In this document: piece by piece, positions 62,447 through 64,000 of the stretch | Position numbering within the stretch: position 1 is the stretch's first letter | How the letters are laid out: each line of letters opens with the position of its first letter | Virus record (IMG/VR): IMGVR_UViG_3300021093_000051 | Span: 1-64,000 of that record | Direction: 5' to 3' (one strand) | Origin: an uncultured virus (IMG/VR IMGVR_UViG_3300021093_000051) | Taxonomy: Duplodnaviria; Heunggongvirae; Uroviricota; Caudoviricetes | DNA: 64,000 bases | Position numbers and translations under genes: made by a program | The notes under the pieces: generated by a model | Told to the model about the DNA's origin: nothing | Database searches by the model: none | The model's input: the letters and a program-made list of their open reading frames with translations, nothing else

Positions 62447-62788
62447 ATGACATTTGAGCGCTTTAAATTTATCACTGGCCTAATGGTCCAAAATTCATCT
62501 CGAGTAGACAAATCATACGACCAAGGAATAGACCTTGTAGAGTTTGTTGAAGGATATAATGTCGTAACCGAATATCTTTGGGGAGAGATATTGACCATTG
62601 AAGGATTAGACTGGTTCAACTGGTTCATGTACGAAAAGAATTATTTGCAAGACGGAATAGGCAATCCAGAAATGAATGCATATCATAAGATAAACGATGG
62701 AGAACAGGTAGAAATAGTCAAAGACCTAGAAGGTCTACATCAATATTTAGTAGAAAACAATTATTTTAAATGCGAAAGCCAGAAATAA
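62447..62788 (+). CDS. Hypothetical protein
   Basis: ORF with EGLDWFNWFMYE motif. Confidence 0.6.
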   Translation: MTFERFKFITGLMVQNSSRVDKSYDQGIDLVEFVEGYNVVTEYLWGEILTIEGLDWFNWFMYEKNYLQDGIGNPEMNAYHKINDGEQVEIVKDLEGLHQYLVENNYFKCESQK

Positions 62789-64000
62789 AGACGGTCACAG
62801 ATTACCTGGACAACGACTATAAAGAGTACGCAGTATACGTAGTTGAGGAACGAGCGATACCTTCCGTTATAGACGGGTTTAAGCCAACTCAACGTAAGGT
62901 GATATTCGTAGCTAATAAAGTTTGGAAGAACGGCTCTGAAAAACCAATGAAGATCTTTCAATTAGCCGGTAGAGTAGCGGCAGACGCTTTTTATCACCAT
63001 TCAGACGGCTCGCTTAATTCTGCAATCATCGGCATGGCACAAAAGTTTAAGAACTCAATGCCAGTATTAGAAGAAATTGGGCAATTCGGTTCCCTACGTT
63101 CACCAGAAGCAGCCGCTCCTCGTTATATTGCAACCAAGTTACATAAGAACTTTAGATTGCTTTACAAGGATTTTGAGCTACTCGAGCCTAGGTACGAAGA
63201 GGGTAATGAGATCGAGCCCAAATATTTTCTACCAATCATTCCGACCGTCCTCCTGAATGGCGGTAGCGGGATCGCAGTAGGCTTCGCAACAAACATATTA
63301 AATCGCAATCCAATTAGCCTAATAGAGGCTTGCCTAAAATCATTAGACGGAAAGAAATACTCTGAACCCACTCCATGGAACCGAGAGTTTTCAGGCGAAT
63401 GCTCGCTAATTGATTCAGAAAAGTTTTCCTGGATATTTAGCGGCAAGTATGATGTTAAAAACACGTCTACTGTTACCATTACTGAATTACCTCCTTCAAT
63501 TACTTATGAGAAATTCGATCAGCATCTAATAGATCTTGAGGACACTCGACGAATTGCTAGTTATGAAAATAACTGCAAGTCTAATATCAGTTACACCATC
63601 AAGTTTAGACGAGAAGATCTCAAGATGCTTGCTGATTCGACCAGACTAAAGAGATTGTTAAAGATGGAAGAGCGTCAGACTGAGAACTTTACGGTACTTG
63701 ATGAACATGGTAAACTTAAGATATTTGGTTCTGCCAGTGAGATCATCGAGTATTTTGTGCAGTTTAGGCTCTCTTTCTATGATAAAAGAAAGCAATTTAT
63801 CATCGATACCCTAAACCAGGAACTTACCCTTCTCTCAAATAGGGCCAGATTTGTGAAATCCATCATCGGCGGTAAACTAAAGATCAATAACGTGCCTAGA
63901 AAAGAGATACTTCTCTATCTACAAACTGCGGATTTTGATGAGATTAATGGATCATATCAATATCTACTCTCAATGCCCATTCATTCCCTAACTAAGGAAA
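62770..64000 (+). CDS. Type IIA topoisomerase breakage-reunion subunit (T4 gp52-like), partial
   Basis: Not in the ORF track (runs off the end). MRKPEIKTVTDYLD...RAIPSVIDGFKPTQRK...YHHSDGSL...AAAPRY (catalytic Tyr)...LLNGGSGIAVG. Confidence 0.95.
   Translation, partial: MRKPEIKTVTDYLDNDYKEYAVYVVEERAIPSVIDGFKPTQRKVIFVANKVWKNGSEKPMKIFQLAGRVAADAFYHHSDGSLNSAIIGMAQKFKNSMPVLEEIGQFGSLRSPEAAAPRYIATKLHKNFRLLYKDFELLEPRYEEGNEIEPKYFLPIIPTVLLNGGSGIAVGFATNILNRNPISLIEACLKSLDGKKYSEPTPWNREFSGECSLIDSEKFSWIFSGKYDVKNTSTVTITELPPSITYEKFDQHLIDLEDTRRIASYENNCKSNISYTIKFRREDLKMLADSTRLKRLLKMEERQTENFTVLDEHGKLKIFGSASEIIEYFVQFRLSFYDKRKQFIIDTLNQELTLLSNRARFVKSIIGGKLKINNVPRKEILLYLQTADFDEINGSYQYLLSMPIHSLTKE

Overview
This 64 kb, AT-rich window is an internal piece of a T4-like (myovirus) jumbo phage genome in the standard genetic code. 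The host is probably a Bacteroidota species: there are no Shine-Dalgarno motifs, the leaders are A-rich, and it encodes an Hc1-like protein, a lipoprotein and a Bacteroidota-like NrdAB. Bases 1-19.2 kb (minus strand) hold large tail/baseplate genes, a gp55-like late sigma factor and a RuvC-like nuclease. Bases 19.4-64 kb are mostly plus-strand replication, repair, nucleotide and chaperone genes: UvsE, exonucleases, GroEL/GroES, an S1-like protein, NrdAB, gp32, RNase H, gp56, PolB, UvsX, gp41, gp47/46, a TS-fold enzyme, dCMP deaminase, a Nei glycosylase, DinG and topo II. Minus-strand late islands (tail sheath, tail tube, putative head-internal proteins) interrupt them. Highlights: (1) unrelated late proteins share a T4-like capsid-targeting N-terminal peptide, and one, a compositionally foreign phosphatase, sits between duplicated terminator/late-promoter/leader cassettes; (2) UvsX/RecA is fractured by a naturally split intein; (3) the Nei glycosylase closely resembles animal NEIL1; (4) a gp42-like (Asp-type) TS-fold enzyme plus a gp56-like dCTPase suggests cytosine-modified DNA; (5) the family-B polymerase gene stops in the fingers domain (split gp43). 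All product calls come from motif recognition and recalled reference sequences, not database searches.
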